Below the pieces are notes generated by a model. It made no database searches, was not told the DNA's origin, and was given only the letters and a program-made list of their open reading frames with translations. The translations under genes and the position numbers were made by a program. DNA of 63,645 bases, counting the filler, from Sphacelaria rigidula (taxonomy: Eukaryota): the NCBI GenBank assembly GCA_964200075.2. It is 10 parts of 10 records of this genome, joined end to end, with 100 filler letters (N's around TTAATTAATTAA, not from the genome) between each part and the next. Parts side by side here need not be neighbours in the genome. Positions count along the whole stretch, not along the records: positions 57,372 to 63,645 come from CAXNAA020021077.1; 9 more parts are not named here. The stretch is one strand, 5' to 3'. Of this stretch, positions 60,701 through 63,645 are shown in pieces. How positions within the stretch are numbered: the stretch's first letter is position 1; each line of letters begins with the position of its first letter.

Positions 60701-61996
60701 GACGTATCTGCAGTTGATCAGGAACAGCATGACGACACGAACAACTTCAACATAAATATTTACGATGCTATAGCTCAGCTAGAGGACAACACCACGGAGG
60801 ACAATTCACCGATTACAGGGCCGCCTATCGCCCAAAGAAGGTTGCGTTCAGCTGGCGGTCCCAATCAACATCCTCCTGGACCTATTAACAACGGGCAAGC
60901 CAGCGAACTAAAGCGACTAGCCTTAATGTTTTCTGGGGGTCAGCATGCTGCAGCAACATTGGAAATGGTATGTCAGTACATATTCACTGTCGGAGTTGAA
61001 CAGGTTGCACCATCCGCGTCACTTACAGTACCCACCAACTATCGACAGGCATCGACTTCACTATACTCGAAGAAATGGAAAACAGCCATGCTGGAAAAAC
61101 TTCAAAGTATAAAAAATCATGATGTAGCCGATATCATCTCGGCCAGCTCTCTTCCCAGCAACAACAACATCATCGGTACAAGGTGGGTCTTTAAGGTCAA
61201 AGCAGACGGGCGTTTTAAAGCTCGGTTGGTGGTTCAAGGTTAGTCTCAGAGGCATGGACTCGACTGCGGGAGTACTTTCGCTCCAGTTTGCAGGTTAGAA
61301 AGTCAGCGATTGTTACTGGCAATTGCCACTGCGAAAAACTGGCCTGTTTTAGCCCTTGACGTACAAACTGCTTTCTTGAACGGCAAGCTACAGGAAACAG
61401 TATTCTGCAGACAACCGCCTGGCTTCGAGACGCTCGACCCAACGACAGGAGAAGCACAAGTGATGCGTCTTAAGCGCGCGCTCTACGGACTGCGCCAGAG
61501 TCCAAACGTGTCGAACGTTACAATGGATACGAAGCTGCGGAAAATGGGTTTTTCAGCCACGGCAAGTGACCCATGTGTCTACACGAAAGGATCCCATGAG
61601 GGATATATGATGCCCACTCTGTATGTAGATGATGTCTTGATGACAGGACCGTCAATCAGTATACTGCAACAGGTTCAGGATGCACCGAAGTCAAGATTCT
61701 CCATCCCCGAGCTAGGACCACTTTCTCTTACTCTTGGTATACAGGTCATCAGGGATGAAGCGCGAGGAACTCTCAAGTTGTCACAGCATAGGTACGTAGA
61801 ATCAATGCCCAAGAAATTCGGCATGGTGTCATCCAATCCAGTTCACACGCCGGGAACACCAGCTCAACTCGTCGGCGGCGCGCCTGAAGATGCCTTCCTG
61901 GAACCGTCAGAGAAAACTAAGTACCAAGCGATGGTCGGGGGCCTCATCTTCCTGGCTCAGAGCACAAGATTTGACATCGCATTTAGTGTCTCCCAG
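57785..61996 (+). pseudogene. Copia gag-pol with many stops and frameshifts, RNase H missing
   Basis: CYTCGRPGHQARDC knuckle; VDSGSTGH protease; WHRRLGH...CVTC; STDLTGP, TDRGGEY, QQNGISER integrase; FKARLVVQG, LDVQTAFLNG, ALYGLRQSP, LYVDD RT. Homology stops at RFDIAFSVSQ. Confidence 0.95.
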
Positions 61997-62218
61997 GATA
62001 TTTATCTTCAGCATCATCGTCAACGCTAAAACCTCGATCACCATCGCCAACGCTCAACTACTATCATCACCTTCGACGCTCAACTTCGTCGAGTGTTATC
62101 ACCCAAGCGACATCTCGTCCGTCCCAAGGGCACCACACTATATCAATTCTCAGCCCCTAACATTTTTTTTCCAAAATCCAACCTTCAGCATCCTCCATCT
62201 TCACCACTCACCATCAGA

Positions 62219-62557
62219 ATGAGCTACCGCGATAACACCCACCACAACGGAACCAGGAACGCACGCAGACACGTCGCACAAAACTCAGCATCCCATGGCC
62301 GCGCACACCGCACTACGCACCGCCATAGGCCACAATACGGGGTGACGCCCAATGCACGGGCCCGCCTGAGTAATCAACGACTACGACTCCAAGCACGCGC
62401 GACGACCTACATCGACTGGGGAGCGCGAGCTTCTATTTGTCTGGACATCCTCATCCCAGGACAGCAAACCGAGGAGCGTGCACGTATGGCGGACCCGTTC
62501 AGGACGTACGGGTTCACCGATGTTCAAGAGTACCCCAGTGATCTTGATTTGTTTTAG
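62219..62557 (+). CDS. Unknown 112-aa Arg/His-rich ORF in the copia 3' region
   Basis: ATG-initiated open frame with no recognisable homology. Confidence 0.3.
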   Translation: MSYRDNTHHNGTRNARRHVAQNSASHGRAHRTTHRHRPQYGVTPNARARLSNQRLRLQARATTYIDWGARASICLDILIPGQQTEERARMADPFRTYGFTDVQEYPSDLDLF

Positions 62558-63255
62558 GAGCCTACCACAGCTGTATCTACACAATTACTTGCTTTTTTTA
62601 TTGATGTTAGGATCTTTAATTTCTTAGCCAAAGCATGGCATATAGAATGCCCTTGGAATTCGACTTCCTTCTGTTGGGAAGGATATACGACGCTTTGATT
62701 GACACATTTTATGGGATCCGGTTGATTTCTCGTCCGAATCGACCAACAATCTACTGTAGAGACCCAAATGCGGTCACTGGAGTTTGAAGGATTCAATTTT
62801 TTTTCTGTCAAGAAATGTGATTGAGTAAAAGAACCCAAGTAGGTTTAAGATGCCTGTAATACTCGTACATCATATAGAACGCGCGGCAAAACTACCCGCG
62901 TTAGGTGACTTTGTTTTGATTGTTTTGTTTTATTCGAGTGCATTGTTTCAAGGTCCAGAGGAGCGTGCTAAAACCACAGTGCGCAGATCCCTGCATTTAT
63001 GATACAAGGCCCAGGAAACACGCTGTAGGAACAATGCGTGCAACGACCTCTAGGTTTGCGATGTTCTTTCCGTCCTTACCTACCTTGCCCCTTTTTTTTG
63101 GGGGGGGGGGGAGGACGTTTTTTATCGTGGGCGGAGAGAGAGAGTCGGGAGATATATTTGGCATCTGTAAGCTATCGTTGATTGCTACATCGTCACATGA
63201 TGAAGACATTTCGCGATTTGATGTTACCGCACAATTCTTCTTGTTTGCCTAATTC

Positions 63256-63333
63256 TTTTGTAGCTCATGGAAATCTGATGCACACACAAATATTTATTTT
63301 GTAGCTCATGGAAATCTGATGCACATACAAATA
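63256..63333. repeat. 41-bp tandem duplication
   Basis: TTTTGTAGCTCATGGAAATCTGATGCACA(C/T)ACAAATA occurs twice. Confidence 0.9.
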
Positions 63334-63569
63334 CATGCGCATGTGAGCGGAGATTTGCAACAGTGACTAGTGTCGTTTCTCATTATTTGATGTTGGTTAA
63401 GTCGTTTCTTTTTGATACAGTGTAGACACGTGAACGGTACAACAGTACAAGCACCTGGACGTTTGCCTTTGTGTACTGTCAGTACTACATAGTTCGACTG
63501 TTTGTATTCGCTTGCTACACATAGCGTGTAAGGTACACTATCTTTCTTTGATAGCGACATCTCACTCCT

Positions 63570-63645
63570 GGGGGGTGTTGCAAATTTAGACAGGGCAGTC
63601 TAAGTTCGTTGTGTGTGATTGAAATCGCTGCTACAAGATACTGTA
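63570..63645 (+). repeat. Short purine tract and start of the 3' LTR
   Basis: GGGGGG then TGTTGCAAATT, inverted to the 5' LTR end with one mismatch. Confidence 0.7.

Larger units (their letters stand above)
57372..63645 (+). mobile_element. Ty1/copia LTR retrotransposon, degenerate, from the end of the 5' LTR to the start of the 3' LTR
   Basis: gag-PR-IN-RT order. The 5' LTR ends AATTTCCAACA (57555); the 3' LTR starts TGTTGCAAATT (63576) after a G tract. Confidence 0.9.

Overview
This is not one locus. It is ten unrelated contigs of 6274-6275 bp, size-sorted and joined by nine identical 100-bp spacers (N44-TTAATTAATTAA-N44), so nothing can be inferred from proximity across a spacer. The DNA is intron-rich and repeat-rich eukaryotic sequence, most consistent with a brown alga (inference from exon style, one-LRR-per-exon arrays and ALOG-type DIRS elements). 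Contents: (1) two diverged DIRS1-class tyrosine-recombinase retrotransposons (RT-RNaseH-methyltransferase, then Zn ribbon-ALOG-YR); one is decayed, the other has an uninterrupted ALOG-YR ORF; (2) a tandem array of five 72-bp LRR exons in near-identical 264-bp units, with hypervariable ligand-contact codons and a conserved intronic inverted repeat; (3) three exons of alanyl-tRNA synthetase, one SDR exon and four phase-consistent exons of an unknown gene; (4) a degenerate Ty1/copia element running from LTR to LTR, with an extra 1.6-kb 3' region; (5) many MITE/foldback elements, tRNA-derived SINEs and a high-copy repeat. The most interesting signals are the LRR cassette array and two lesions at equivalent positions in both DIRS elements (a conserved tail in the -1 frame and an in-frame TAA), which may indicate recoding.
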